64,000 nt of DNA, taken from the NCBI GenBank assembly GCA_965222225.1, contig CBDCTK010000002.1, positions 4,544,001 through 4,608,000 on the forward strand. Direction: 5' to 3'. The stretch comes from Candidatus Poribacteria bacterium (GTDB taxonomy: Bacteria > Poribacteria > WGA-4E > JAJDTR01). Positions 8,655-19,254 of the stretch are shown here, in pieces (position 1 is the first letter of the stretch; each line of letters starts with the position of its first letter). A model generated the notes under the pieces. The model was not told where the DNA came from and did no database searches. It saw only the letters and a program-made list of their open reading frames with translations. Position numbers and translations under genes: made by a program.

Positions 8655-9920
8655 ATGAAGTTCAATACGATTCCGGAAGCCATTGAGGCGGTGCGAGATG
8701 GGGAATTAATCGTGGTGGTGGACGACCCCGGTCGAGAGAACGAGGGCGATCTCATTATGGCGGCTGAAAAGGTGACGCCTGAAGCGATTAACTTCATGGC
8801 AAGGTACGGACGCGGATTAATATGTTTGCCCGCTTGCGCGAAACGCCTTTCCGACCTAAATCTTGACCCGATGGTTCCGGACAACACCGAGCATATGCGA
8901 ACCGCCTTCACCGTGAGCATTGATGCAAAGGAGGTCACTACGGGAATATCCGCTTACGAACGCGCGTGTACAATTCGCAAATTCGTTGACCCGAACTCGG
9001 TATCGGAGGACTTTTCCAGGCCCGGACATATTTTTCCGCTGCAGGCGATAGAAGGGGGCGTCCTTCGAAGGGCGGGACACACGGAGGCGACGGTGGATCT
9101 TGCGCGACTCGCAGGGTTAGCTCCGGCAGGCGTGCTGTGTGAGGTCTTGAATGAGGACGGAACAATGGCGCGTGTCCCGGAGTTGTTGAAGTTTGCCGAG
9201 AAACACAATTTGAAAATCGTCACGATTGCCGACCTCATCGCCTATCGCCGACAGACTGAAACACTTGTCAAGCGGGTCGCTGAGGCTGCATTTCCGACGG
9301 ATCGCGGTCAATTCAAGCTCTACGCCTACGAGAGTACGAATGACGAAAAGACGCACATTGCCCTCGTGAAAGGCGATTTTTCGGATGGCGTACCGGTGTT
9401 GGTGCGTGTTCATTCGCAGTGTTTAACCGGAGACGTGTTCGGTTCTCTCCGCTGCGACTGCGGCGAGCAGTTGCAGTTGGCGGAGGAGATGATTGAAAAG
9501 GAGGGACGGGGCGTGCTGCTTTACATGCGGCAGGAGGGGCGCGGCATGGGACTGCGGAACAAAATTCGCGCTTACAACTTGCAGGACAGCGAAGGCTTGG
9601 ATACCGTTGAAGCAAACGAGCGTCTCGGATTCCCGCCGGATCTGAGGGACTACGGCATCGGTGCGCAGATTTTAACAGACTTGGGAGTTCGCAAAATGCG
9701 TTTGATGACGAACAACCCGCAGAAGGTCACAGGTTTAGCGGGGCACGGTCTTGAGATTGTGGAGCAAGTTTCCTTACAGACTGTACCACACGAGTTTAAT
9801 CGGAATTACCTTGCGGTGAAACGTTCGAAACTCGGACATCTCCTGCTTCATCCGGTGCTAGAGCCGGAGGATTCGACATCCACAAATCCAACCGACAATA
9901 CAGGAAATACTCTGTCCTAG
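8655..9920 (+). CDS. ribBA: Bifunctional DHBP synthase / GTP cyclohydrolase II
   Basis: [21 protein letters not shown]; [29 protein letters not shown]. Confidence 0.97.
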   Translation: MKFNTIPEAIEAVRDGELIVVVDDPGRENEGDLIMAAEKVTPEAINFMARYGRGLICLPACAKRLSDLNLDPMVPDNTEHMRTAFTVSIDAKEVTTGISAYERACTIRKFVDPNSVSEDFSRPGHIFPLQAIEGGVLRRAGHTEATVDLARLAGLAPAGVLCEVLNEDGTMARVPELLKFAEKHNLKIVTIADLIAYRRQTETLVKRVAEAAFPTDRGQFKLYAYESTNDEKTHIALVKGDFSDGVPVLVRVHSQCLTGDVFGSLRCDCGEQLQLAEEMIEKEGRGVLLYMRQEGRGMGLRNKIRAYNLQDSEGLDTVEANERLGFPPDLRDYGIGAQILTDLGVRKMRLMTNNPQKVTGLAGHGLEIVEQVSLQTVPHEFNRNYLAVKRSKLGHLLLHPVLEPEDSTSTNPTDNTGNTLS

Positions 9921-9946
9921 AACATTACGATCAATCTAAGAGAACA

Positions 9947-10423
9947 ATGCCAACTACCTACGAAGGGAACCTAATCGGTACCAATCTCAGAATCGGAATC
10001 GTTGTCAGCCGGTTTAACGGCTTTATAACCACCAAATTACTTGACGGCGCCTTAGATTCGCTAAAGCGGCACGGTGTGAACCTTGAGGATGTCGACGTGT
10101 TTTGGACGCCGGGATCTTTCGAGATCCCAGCTACCGCAAAGCGCCTCGCCGAAAAGGGGAGATATGATGCGATTGTGTGCCTTGGCGCGGTTATCCGGGG
10201 AGCGACACCCCATTTCGACTACGTCGCCAATGAGAGCGCGAAAGGGATTGCTCAGGTTGGCCTGAATACGGGAGTCCCTGCAATCTACGGCGTGATTACG
10301 ACGGATACCATCGAACAGGCGATCGAGCGTGCCGGGACAAAGGCAGGGAACAAGGGGGCAGAGGCGGCGGTCACCGCGATTGAGATGGCAAATCTGTATC
10401 GGCAGATTGACGAGGTAGACTGA
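9947..10423 (+). CDS. ribH: 6,7-dimethyl-8-ribityllumazine synthase
   Basis: [34 protein letters not shown]. Confidence 0.97.
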   Translation: MPTTYEGNLIGTNLRIGIVVSRFNGFITTKLLDGALDSLKRHGVNLEDVDVFWTPGSFEIPATAKRLAEKGRYDAIVCLGAVIRGATPHFDYVANESAKGIAQVGLNTGVPAIYGVITTDTIEQAIERAGTKAGNKGAEAAVTAIEMANLYRQIDEVD

Positions 10424-10425
10424 AT

Positions 10426-11313
10426 TTGATTGAAGCAACAGTTCTGTCTGGAGATTGCACATCACTTCTTCGGCAACACACCAATATCGGACATGTGGAC
10501 CTTACGTTTCTTGATCCGCCGTTCAATCAAGACAAAGAGTATAATGCGTGGAATGACAACTTGCCTGATGAGGAGTATTGGCAATGGATGCGGGATGTGT
10601 GTAAGGAGGTCCATGCGTTAACATCCGATGGCGGCGCAATCTACTTCATGCAGCGCGAGAAAAACAGTGAGTTTGTTCTCCGCTGTCTGCGCGAGTCAGG
10701 TTGGACGTTTCAAAATCTAATAATTTGGAAAAAGAAGACCTCCGCTGTACCCGCCATAAAGCGCTATGGCAAGCACTACCAAATCATCGCGTTTGGGACG
10801 AAAGGAAAAAGCCCGAGACTATTCAACCGCCTGAGAATCGACCCGCCACTCCCTGCCGGCTACAAGTATCAACGCGACAATGGCATGTTTGTGACTGACG
10901 TGTGGGATGACATTCGAGAGATGACCTCCGGCTATTTTGCGGGCGACGAGGCCTTATACGATACACAAGCCAATCGTGCGCACAAGCAGCAGTCACCCAT
11001 CCAACTCCTGATTCGGATTATCCTTTCTTCGACAGATCCCGGGCATGTTGTTCTTGATCCGTTTGCGGGTTCGGGAACGACATTGGTCGTCGCTAGTCAA
11101 CTCAATCGAAAGTCTATTGGAATCGATCTAGATTCCCACAACGTTAAAATCATCATTGATCGGCTTTCTGAGAAAAGGAAGGCCGATGATGTTTCACGCT
11201 TTCTAAAGGACTACGCATGCACTTCGGGATTGAAAGGAATTTGGGGAGAGAGTATATCCGCATCACATGATTCGCTAGCCTCCCGACAGACGACACTCTT
11301 TGAGAAAGAATAG
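10426..11313 (+). CDS. Site-specific DNA methyltransferase (N6-A/N4-C, beta class)
   Basis: DPPF catalytic motif precedes the VLDPFAGSGTT SAM-binding motif; TDVWDD. Confidence 0.9.
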   Translation: MIEATVLSGDCTSLLRQHTNIGHVDLTFLDPPFNQDKEYNAWNDNLPDEEYWQWMRDVCKEVHALTSDGGAIYFMQREKNSEFVLRCLRESGWTFQNLIIWKKKTSAVPAIKRYGKHYQIIAFGTKGKSPRLFNRLRIDPPLPAGYKYQRDNGMFVTDVWDDIREMTSGYFAGDEALYDTQANRAHKQQSPIQLLIRIILSSTDPGHVVLDPFAGSGTTLVVASQLNRKSIGIDLDSHNVKIIIDRLSEKRKADDVSRFLKDYACTSGLKGIWGESISASHDSLASRQTTLFEKE

Positions 11314-12162
11314 ATGGCTTATTCAATCTATCATTTCTTCGCCGACCTCTGCCAAAAGAGCGACGAACTGACATGGGCAAGTCCGCTTGATTCATTCCCG
11401 TTTGATGAGCGAATGCTGTCTTGCGTTAACAAAGGCAAGTTTCCCGACTTGGCTATCAAACTCAATCATGATGACGGGCTGTTTAGTGGAGGCGAGTTGA
11501 TTGAACTCAAGGATAGCAGCAAATCCTATTCGGTAGCGTCCTTTAATTCGACCATTCCTACGGGCGAAAAGGAAATTCGAAAATTAATTATTGGTACAGC
11601 GAACGTTATTCGAACTCAGATGCAAGAGGCGGGTAACGATATACTTTCGTTGCCTATTCGGCAAGTATTCTATTTGGTTCGCGGCAAAAAGACTCCGGAT
11701 ATAAAAATCTGCTTGTCTCACGGCAAATTCTTTGAGACAATTCCCGTTTCAACACTTATTCCCGAAGCCTTTGGGCAAGCCCTTGAAGAACGGCTTGCTG
11801 AGCTTGAATTGGAGTTGTCGGAACCGATGAAACAAGCTTTGTTAGACATATTCAGCGAACAGGAGACCTTCAGTAGAACAAGAAGCATTGAGAATGCATC
11901 AGTTCGGCTACGTTTTCGAATTATGACACAAGCTGAAAGAGGTGCGAATCTTTTGAATCCAAATCAGTATCCCCAAATCGGTGACAATACGATGAACTTT
12001 GCCGTACCATGTCACGATGAGGCAGAGAAGGAATCGCATATCCATCGAATGCAAACCGCCTTTCGCCAAATGGACGCTTTGCACCTGTACTCTCAAATGG
12101 GAGTCTTTCTTCTACAACATCATTATAACGGTAACTTCCTAATCTTCCAGACAAATCTCTAA
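11314..12162 (+). CDS. Putative PD-(D/E)xK restriction endonuclease
   Basis: Abuts the MTase (TAG-ATG); FPDL...IELKDS motif. Confidence 0.55.
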   Translation: MAYSIYHFFADLCQKSDELTWASPLDSFPFDERMLSCVNKGKFPDLAIKLNHDDGLFSGGELIELKDSSKSYSVASFNSTIPTGEKEIRKLIIGTANVIRTQMQEAGNDILSLPIRQVFYLVRGKKTPDIKICLSHGKFFETIPVSTLIPEAFGQALEERLAELELELSEPMKQALLDIFSEQETFSRTRSIENASVRLRFRIMTQAERGANLLNPNQYPQIGDNTMNFAVPCHDEAEKESHIHRMQTAFRQMDALHLYSQMGVFLLQHHYNGNFLIFQTNL

Positions 12163-12180
12163 TCAATCTGAGAACTCCCA

Positions 12181-12786
12181 ATGATCGCAATTATCGACTA
12201 CGGCGCAGGAAACCTGACAAGTGTTGAACGCGCGGTCACCTACTTGGGCTATGATGGCAAAATCACCGCCGACGCGGATACCATTTTGTCATCGGAGAAG
12301 GTGATTTTCCCGGGCGTCGGCGCCGCACGCGCAACAATGGACAACCTCAACGTGCACGGGCTTTCGGATGTGTTGAAGTCGTGCTACAAAACCGGCAAAT
12401 CGATGCTGGGAATATGCATCGGCATCCAAATCCTGTTTGATTACAGCGAGGAGGGAGACACCGAGTGTCTCGGGATTTTGCCGGGGGTTGTTGACAAATT
12501 TGAAGCGACACCTCAATTGAAGGTACCGCAGATCGGTTGGAACAAGGTGTATCAAACCGAATCGCACCCGATTTTCGAGGGGGTTCCCAATCCCGCACAC
12601 TTCTACTTCGTCAATTCATACTATCCCATTCCAGCACAACCCACCGCCGTCATCGGCAAAACAATCTACGGCGTCGAATTCTGTAGTGTGGTGGCGCGCC
12701 AAAACCTCATCGCAACCCAGTTTCATCTGGAGAAAAGTGGTCGAGTAGGATTGAAGATGCTCGACAATTTTTTGCGGAGTAAATGA
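12181..12786 (+). CDS. hisH: Imidazole glycerol phosphate synthase glutaminase subunit
   Basis: IIDYGAGN, FPGVG, GICIGIQ, VPQIGWN, YFVNSY, QFHLEKSG. Confidence 0.95.
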   Translation: MIAIIDYGAGNLTSVERAVTYLGYDGKITADADTILSSEKVIFPGVGAARATMDNLNVHGLSDVLKSCYKTGKSMLGICIGIQILFDYSEEGDTECLGILPGVVDKFEATPQLKVPQIGWNKVYQTESHPIFEGVPNPAHFYFVNSYYPIPAQPTAVIGKTIYGVEFCSVVARQNLIATQFHLEKSGRVGLKMLDNFLRSK

Positions 12787-14348
12787 GAACCTTTCTGCTG
12801 TCATGCGTCGTCATATTTATCAACTTCTTTATTTACCGGTCACGCATCCCTCAGTATTACGATGTCGCTTCACATCTCTACTACGTCGTGATGATTCTTG
12901 CCGCCAGATATGATGCGCGGCTTGGGCAGCGAATCCTGCTGACACTCACGACAACAGCCAACTGGTTGTTTGTCCTCCGCCATATCAATCAACAGGCGCA
13001 TTGGGTTGTCGCCTCGGCGGCAGTGGCGACGTTGTATCCCTTTATCGCCTATTTCATCGTGCGAACAATCAGACAACTTAATGCACAGCGCCTCACAACC
13101 GAGCGGCAGATTGGTCGGATAAATGCGGCGAACTCGGATCTTGAGAAGCGTATCCGCGATCAATCCACCCTGTTCGAGGTTAGCGAAGCCGCTAGCGCCG
13201 ATATTGAACTGGAGGAATTGTTTCAGCGGGTAATACGGATTCTCGCAGATCGATTGGGCATTTATCGTGGTACGCTGCGGCTGGAGAAGAATGGCGAGTT
13301 GGTAAAGTGCGCCGAAGCCATCTTAGGTCTAACTTCGGCGGAGATTAAGCGCGGTACCGACAGTCAGATTGACGAAATCCAGCAAAACGTATTATCCTCC
13401 GGAGAAGCGATTGGCGTGCCTCATTCTCGCAAACCGCTAAAACGGATGGAGCTCCCCAAAGCGTGGTCTGTTCAATCCAAAGATCGTATCGCATTCTGGT
13501 GCATCCCGCTGATTGTCGATGAAAAGGTTGTGGGAACACTTGCCATTGACAAGGGATCGGACAAGTTCGCCACGGGAGATGAGGTTCGAATTCTCACGAT
13601 AATTGCCTCCATCTTGGCTCAACGGGTTAAGATTCAGCAGATGATAGATGCCTTGGTTCAGTCGGAGAGACTGGTGACGCTGGGAAAGTTGGCTGCGACC
13701 GTTGCGCACGAGGTCAGGAATCCGTTGGGCGGAATCCGTGGCGCTAGCCAATTGCTCCAGATGACCGATGGTGACAATGAATCCAATGGCGAGATACACG
13801 AATACACAAATGTGATTATCAAGGAAGTAGATCGTCTGAACCGTGTGATTGAGCAGCTTTTGGCTTTTGGCAATCCGCATACGCTCACGTTTGAACCACA
13901 CGGCATTCAGGTATTGATTGATGACAGCCTTTCGATTTGCGAACCGGAGTTCAGTCAAAACCGTATCCGCGTAGATTTCGAACACGATGAAAGTTGCCCG
14001 CTTGTGCCGATTAACACCGACGGACTAACACAGGTTTTCCTGAACCTGTTTCGCAATGCGATTGAGTCAATGGAAAACGGCGGCGTTTTGTCTGTCCGAA
14101 CGTCGTACGATGCGGCACAGGGAGCGGTTCATGTCCGTATCCAAGACACCGGGCGCGGCATCTCTCCGCAACTAGCCTCCCAACTGTTTGATCCCTTCTA
14201 CACAACGAAGCAGAAGGGCACCGGCTTGGGACTTTCAATCAGTCAACAGATTGTCGAGGAGCACGATGGCACGATTGAAGTCGATGTAACCCAACCTCAA
14301 GGGACGGCGTTTGTTATTACACTACCGGCACAGGTTGATAAGGCGTGA
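12783..14348 (+). CDS. Membrane sensor histidine kinase with GAF domain (NtrB-like)
   Basis: N-terminal TM helices, GAF (CIPLIVDEKVVGTL), H-box AHEVRNPL, N box NLFRNA, DTGRG, FYTTK, GTGLGL. Confidence 0.92.
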   Translation: MRTFLLSCVVIFINFFIYRSRIPQYYDVASHLYYVVMILAARYDARLGQRILLTLTTTANWLFVLRHINQQAHWVVASAAVATLYPFIAYFIVRTIRQLNAQRLTTERQIGRINAANSDLEKRIRDQSTLFEVSEAASADIELEELFQRVIRILADRLGIYRGTLRLEKNGELVKCAEAILGLTSAEIKRGTDSQIDEIQQNVLSSGEAIGVPHSRKPLKRMELPKAWSVQSKDRIAFWCIPLIVDEKVVGTLAIDKGSDKFATGDEVRILTIIASILAQRVKIQQMIDALVQSERLVTLGKLAATVAHEVRNPLGGIRGASQLLQMTDGDNESNGEIHEYTNVIIKEVDRLNRVIEQLLAFGNPHTLTFEPHGIQVLIDDSLSICEPEFSQNRIRVDFEHDESCPLVPINTDGLTQVFLNLFRNAIESMENGGVLSVRTSYDAAQGAVHVRIQDTGRGISPQLASQLFDPFYTTKQKGTGLGLSISQQIVEEHDGTIEVDVTQPQGTAFVITLPAQVDKA

Positions 14349-14383
14349 ACTCCTTACAATGCTGTTTCGGGTGGCACTGATTC

Positions 14384-15859
14384 ATGCCCATAAAAACATC
14401 TATGGAACACTCAATTCTAATCGCCGATGATGACGACAGCATCCGGTTTACATTAACTAGACTTCTTGAGAAGACGGGATATCTCGTGCACGCTGCGCGC
14501 AATGGGAGTGAGACACTTGCCTGCCTTGACGCGGAACCGATAGATGTTGTCCTTCTCGACATCAGAATGCCGGACGCTGACGGATTAGAGTTAATCGAAG
14601 ATATCCAAGAGATTAATAGTACGGCTTCGATTATTGTCATGACTGCCCACGGCACCACAGAAACAGCGATAAAGGCAGCCAAACGCCGCGCCTACAATTA
14701 TTTCACAAAACCGTTCGATAATGATGTCGTCGTGTCGATGGTGTCCCGTGCAGCGAATGCGGCACGCCAAGCGAAGGCGTCCGTGGAAGCGGATACTAAA
14801 GCAGAAAAGGGGGATGGCGAACCACAACAACACGCCGACGCGAAAGAGACGCGACTAGTGGGTGAAAGCCCGGCTATGCATGAGGTGTATCTCGTTATCG
14901 GACGCGCGGCGGTTAGCGACGAAACTGTCCTCATTATGGGAGAGAGTGGAACGGGAAAAGAACTGGTTGCCCGGGCAATTCACGAAAATAGCGGTAGAGC
15001 AGACAACGAATTTGTTGTCGTTGACTGTAGCGCGATTCCACCGACTTTAATCGAAAGCGCGCTTTTCGGGCATGTTCGGGGTGCTTATACCGGTGCGGAG
15101 GTGGCACGCCAAGGGAAGTTTGAACAGGCTAACCGAGGCACCATTTTTCTTGATGAAGTTGGAGAACTGCCAATCGAGGTGCAGATGAAGTTGCTGCGTG
15201 TTCTTCAGGAGCGGGAGGTTGAACCTGTTGGATCCAATGAAACACGTCAAGTCGATGTCCGCGTCGTTGCGGCTACGAATCGACAACTGCAGCAATCTAT
15301 CCAGGAGAGCAGCTTTCGAAGAGATTTGTATTATCGGCTTAATATCATCCCCATCTATCTGCCGCCTCTGCGTGAGCGCAAAACGGATATTCCCGACCTG
15401 ATTGACTTTTTCATTTCTCGGTTCGCGGAGGAATACGCACAGCCCAAAGCGACGATTTCGTCCGAAGCGTTCAAGCGGCTTATGGCTTATGATTGGCCCG
15501 GAAACATCCGGGAACTTGAGAATACGCTTAAGCGAGCGCTAGTGTTGTGCTCGGGCCGCGTACTCTTACCGGAGCATTTTCCACAGTTTGTCGAAGGGGA
15601 AATTCCTTGGTCAGCCTTGGAAGGATCGACGCTTGAGGGACAACTGCGCATACTTCTGAATAAGTGGGTACGTCAAAACCTTGACTCTGGCGAATCCGAG
15701 GGTGAACTTTATTCCAAAATACGCGCGATTTTCGAGAAGCCGCTGTTCGAAAGTGTTCTTAAGCAAACCGGCTGGAATCGGAGTAAAGCGGCAGACATTT
15801 TGGGAATAAACCGAAATACGCTGCATTCCAAAATGGATGAACATGGTATTAAACACTAG
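14384..15859 (+). CDS. Sigma54-dependent response regulator (NtrC family)
   Basis: Receiver domain (ADDD, DIRMP), GESGTGKE, GAYTGA, FLDEVGE, WPGNIREL, Fis HTH. Alternative start at 14402. Confidence 0.95.
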   Translation: MPIKTSMEHSILIADDDDSIRFTLTRLLEKTGYLVHAARNGSETLACLDAEPIDVVLLDIRMPDADGLELIEDIQEINSTASIIVMTAHGTTETAIKAAKRRAYNYFTKPFDNDVVVSMVSRAANAARQAKASVEADTKAEKGDGEPQQHADAKETRLVGESPAMHEVYLVIGRAAVSDETVLIMGESGTGKELVARAIHENSGRADNEFVVVDCSAIPPTLIESALFGHVRGAYTGAEVARQGKFEQANRGTIFLDEVGELPIEVQMKLLRVLQEREVEPVGSNETRQVDVRVVAATNRQLQQSIQESSFRRDLYYRLNIIPIYLPPLRERKTDIPDLIDFFISRFAEEYAQPKATISSEAFKRLMAYDWPGNIRELENTLKRALVLCSGRVLLPEHFPQFVEGEIPWSALEGSTLEGQLRILLNKWVRQNLDSGESEGELYSKIRAIFEKPLFESVLKQTGWNRSKAADILGINRNTLHSKMDEHGIKH

Positions 15860-15886
15860 ACCCCATCAGATTTTGCGCGTTACCGC

Positions 15887-15915
15887 TTGACATCGTTGCC
15901 GCAACTTTATATGAT
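15887..15915 (+). promoter_or_regulatory. Sigma70 promoter upstream of eutN pair
   Basis: TTGACA-N17-TATGAT. Confidence 0.75.
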
Positions 15916-15948
15916 TTTAAGCACTATCCAAAAGAGGCTGAACACCTT

Positions 15949-16245
15949 ATGGACATCGGAAAGGTCATCGGTACAGTTGTGGCAACCCGAAAGGACGCTA
16001 GCCTGAATGGGACTCGGCTCTTGGTTGTGCAGCCCCTTGACGGGAATGGTGAGTCCACAGGGAAACCAATCGTCGCGACAGACACTCATTTCCAAGCGGG
16101 TCGTGGAGACACTATCTATATGGTTACGGGCGGAGACGCGGTTGGCGTGTTACCGGGTCGCAAGATGCCTGTCGACGCGGCTATTGTCGGGATTGTTGAT
16201 TCGATTAGCCATGCCGAGGGACTGCCCGGTAACGAGGAGACGTAA
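15949..16245 (+). CDS. eutN: EutN/CcmL microcompartment vertex protein
   Basis: GKVIGTVVATRK, LLVVQP, PVDAAIVGIVD. Confidence 0.92.
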   Translation: MDIGKVIGTVVATRKDASLNGTRLLVVQPLDGNGESTGKPIVATDTHFQAGRGDTIYMVTGGDAVGVLPGRKMPVDAAIVGIVDSISHAEGLPGNEET

Positions 16246-16247
16246 GC

Positions 16248-16571
16248 GTGTACATTGCCAAGGTCGTCGGGAAAGTGGTGTCGGTCATCAAACATGCGGC
16301 GTATGAAAATCGAACGCTGTTGCTCGTGCAGCCACTGAGCCTAAAGTCTCAGCTTGTTAGAAAGCCCACTATCGCTGTCGATTATGTCGGGGCGGGGGAA
16401 GGCGATGTCGTGCTTGTTGGCGCGGGTCCAGGGACGGCTGAAGAGGTTTTCGGAATCCAAAATGCTCCGATACGCGAATTGGTGATGGGGATTATCGATC
16501 GGTTTGATGTGTCTGCCGATGTTGAAGTAAACGCAGGTGACACGATTGAGCATCGACCTATGTCCAGCTAG
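16248..16571 (+). CDS. eutN: EutN/CcmL microcompartment vertex protein
   Basis: AKVVGKVVSVIK, LLLVQP, AVDYVGAGEGDVVLV, MGIID. Confidence 0.92.
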   Translation: MYIAKVVGKVVSVIKHAAYENRTLLLVQPLSLKSQLVRKPTIAVDYVGAGEGDVVLVGAGPGTAEEVFGIQNAPIRELVMGIIDRFDVSADVEVNAGDTIEHRPMSS

Positions 16572-16615
16572 AAACGCTTGCGTTCCAATTGCCAATCTAT
16601 TGAGGGTGCCAAATC

Positions 16616-17401
16616 TTGTTTATTCCATTGGGTAGTTTCTGCTCGGACGAGCAATCTGTGAAACCGCGGGTCGTTCAATGTCTAATCTTCGTTAATCTCT
16701 CTGTTTGCGTTTACCAGCTCTGTCTATATTATGACGATATTTCCTTTATGATGAGGCACGGCGCAGTGCCTAGGGATATTGTCTCCGTTATTGACGCAAT
16801 TCCATTTTTTCCGGTCATTTTTCCCAATCTTCTTCATCCAAGTCTTATTACTTCACTTTTTCTCCATGATGCCCGGGTCATGGAAGGCGGGTTGATTCAC
16901 ATCATCGGAAACATGCTGTATTTATCAGCTTTTGGTCCAAACTTGGAGGCTCGGATTGGGCATTTCAGGTTTCTTATCCTTTACTTTTTTTCGGGTGTTA
17001 CCGCAACGCTCCTGTACGTTTTGGTGCATTATGATTCCACTATTCCCCTCATTGGGGCGAGCGGGGCCGTTGCGGGCGTGATGGGAGCGCACTTTGTTGC
17101 CTGTCGAAGGTCACGCATTCGATGCTTGTGTCTAATTTTTATCCGCTCCCTGCCCGCCAGTGTGGTGCTCTTACCTTGGATAGTCATTCAAGTCGTGAAC
17201 ATTTCCCTTTCCTACCATGGATCGCCTGTGGCATGGTTAGCGCACATAGGCGGATTTGCAATGGGAATCTTCTGCATCAAGAAGCTCTTGCGTTTTCCTC
17301 TCCAAGTTCAACCTAGGAGCAATCGACGTACAGTACCCCAACAAAGATCCGATTGGACAGGTCAAACGCCGCTTTTGTCCCCTGTGAGGAGAAGAAAATG
17401 A
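16616..17401 (+). CDS. Rhomboid intramembrane serine protease
   Basis: SLFLH, HIIGNMLYL, catalytic GASG and AHIGG. Confidence 0.92.
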   Translation: MFIPLGSFCSDEQSVKPRVVQCLIFVNLSVCVYQLCLYYDDISFMMRHGAVPRDIVSVIDAIPFFPVIFPNLLHPSLITSLFLHDARVMEGGLIHIIGNMLYLSAFGPNLEARIGHFRFLILYFFSGVTATLLYVLVHYDSTIPLIGASGAVAGVMGAHFVACRRSRIRCLCLIFIRSLPASVVLLPWIVIQVVNISLSYHGSPVAWLAHIGGFAMGIFCIKKLLRFPLQVQPRSNRRTVPQQRSDWTGQTPLLSPVRRRK

Positions 17402-18000
17402 AGCTGAAAAAACTTGACATGTGCTACGTATTCTTAGCTTGCATAACGTTTTCCGGTTGTGTATGGTCATCGGTGCTTTCAACAAAATGGAGCGAAAATA
17501 TTGCGCTCACGTCATTTGGGACTCAAGCAACCCATCCAGCGCTGAATGACGGAAAGCGTGACACGATAGCCACCGCTAGGTTAATGAACAAGGAGCGTGT
17601 ATTTGCAATCAAGTTCGATTCAATCAAACCGGTACGAAGGATTATCATCCACAACCACAACCTGTTTCGCTTCGATATAGACTATCGCGACACGAAAACC
17701 TCTGAACCAACCTGGAAGAACGCACATTCTGTTCGTCAACGGCGCGGCGTAGGGGACGAGCGCGCCCAACCCAAATTTGTAATCGATCGACTCAATTTCA
17801 AGACCGATACTATCCGGATTAAGGTCAGCCGGACCGTTGACGATCGGGTGATTTCAAAGCCTATCGCCGACCCCGATGACATGATTGTAGATCATATTCG
17901 GCGGACGGTCGGCGGGCGTTATATGGAATACTTCCGGGTCATTGCGCCATCAATAGCGGCTGTAAACGAGATTGAGGTTTATCATCTGGCTGCCAAGTAA
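17398..18000 (+). CDS. Hypothetical lipoprotein
   Basis: ATGA overlap with the rhomboid gene; signal peptide with lipobox FSGC; beta-rich body. Confidence 0.7.
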   Translation: MKLKKLDMCYVFLACITFSGCVWSSVLSTKWSENIALTSFGTQATHPALNDGKRDTIATARLMNKERVFAIKFDSIKPVRRIIIHNHNLFRFDIDYRDTKTSEPTWKNAHSVRQRRGVGDERAQPKFVIDRLNFKTDTIRIKVSRTVDDRVISKPIADPDDMIVDHIRRTVGGRYMEYFRVIAPSIAAVNEIEVYHLAAK

Positions 18001-18273
18001 AAGGTTGCCGCCCACCGTTGCCCCACCGTTTTTCAGAGGATTTCTGTTGAACGATGTCCCATCCTTGAGGCACATAAGATAACCCATAGGCGAATGCGTG
18101 GTCAGAGGTTTTTTGTTGCTTTTCTGCACTCAATGGTTTATATTGAGCGCAGAATTTGCCATCGTTGAGTGTCTCATATCCCCTAGCCGTTACAACGTAT
18201 TGGCAATATGCCGTACTCTCGGATTTTGGCTGTAAACGTGATACAAGACATACTCTATTGAGAGGGCACCTGT

Positions 18274-19113
18274 GTGCCGATAAGGAGTGAAACCATCGTA
18301 ACAGATCGCGATATATTCTTCTTTGACCTGCGTGGTTATCTGTTTTTGGAAGGGGCACTCTCATCCCAAGAGGTAGCCGACATGAACGCGGTTCTGGACT
18401 CGGCGCCGCCTTTAGCCCCGGGAGAGTGGTGGGGGAACGTGCATGCGCATTCTTACCGGGACAACGACGGAGTGAACCTTCAGCAAATTTATGAAGCCGG
18501 AGAGCCGTTTGAGCGCCTGATTGACCATCCGTTGTGGATTGAGAAGGTCAAATGTTTCATTGGGGGCGAAGGCACGTTCGACTGGAACCACGGACCATTG
18601 TTCATTGATGAAAACTTTGCCAACTTGCGGGCGCCGGGCGAAGCAATCGGGATGCACTCCGGTGGACATATTGGCCTCATACGCAACCAATTTCGCGTCT
18701 TGAACGGCAAATTTCATTGCGGACAAGTCAACGTTCTCATGGCGCTATCGGATATCGGTACTGGCGATGGCGGCACACTTCTCATACCGGGTTCCCACAA
18801 ATCCAACTTCGTTCATCCTGAACTTGAAACCTATCAAATGCGGGGTGAGCGCGCTGGTGAGGATCCTGAAGGAGCAATTGAGATTCATATGAATGCCGGT
18901 GATGTGCTGCTCTTCGTTGACTCTATCTGTCATGGATCGTTGAAGCGCAGCAACCCCGGTCATCGCCGCACGGTTGTGTACCGATATGGTCCATCATGGG
19001 GTAATTTTCGGCACAACTACCAGGTTTCGGGTGAATTATTAGCACGCTTAACTCCAGCACAGCGGCAAATTGTCAGACCGCGATCCAATTGGCCTGCGGA
19101 AACGGTTCAATAA
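18274..19113 (+). CDS. PhyH-family Fe(II)/2OG oxygenase (HxG type)
   Basis: FDLRGYL, MHSGG, DGGTLLIPGSHK, AGDVLLFVDSICHG, RRTVVYRY. Confidence 0.88.
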   Translation: MPIRSETIVTDRDIFFFDLRGYLFLEGALSSQEVADMNAVLDSAPPLAPGEWWGNVHAHSYRDNDGVNLQQIYEAGEPFERLIDHPLWIEKVKCFIGGEGTFDWNHGPLFIDENFANLRAPGEAIGMHSGGHIGLIRNQFRVLNGKFHCGQVNVLMALSDIGTGDGGTLLIPGSHKSNFVHPELETYQMRGERAGEDPEGAIEIHMNAGDVLLFVDSICHGSLKRSNPGHRRTVVYRYGPSWGNFRHNYQVSGELLARLTPAQRQIVRPRSNWPAETVQ

Positions 19114-19189
19114 AAATCTGCAGATTGGCCTGCGGGAAATAAGCACACGAGTGCAAGTAGCGCATAAGGGGGGCATTAAGCAATGCTCT

Positions 19190-19217
19190 CAGGTGGCAGG
19201 TGGCAGGTGGCAGGTGG
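19190..19217 (+). repeat. Heptamer tandem repeat (CAGGTGG)x4
   Basis: Four perfect copies between two PhyH genes. Confidence 0.9.
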
Positions 19218-19254
19218 CTTAACACATCTATTACGAATACAGTTGAGGCAGTTG

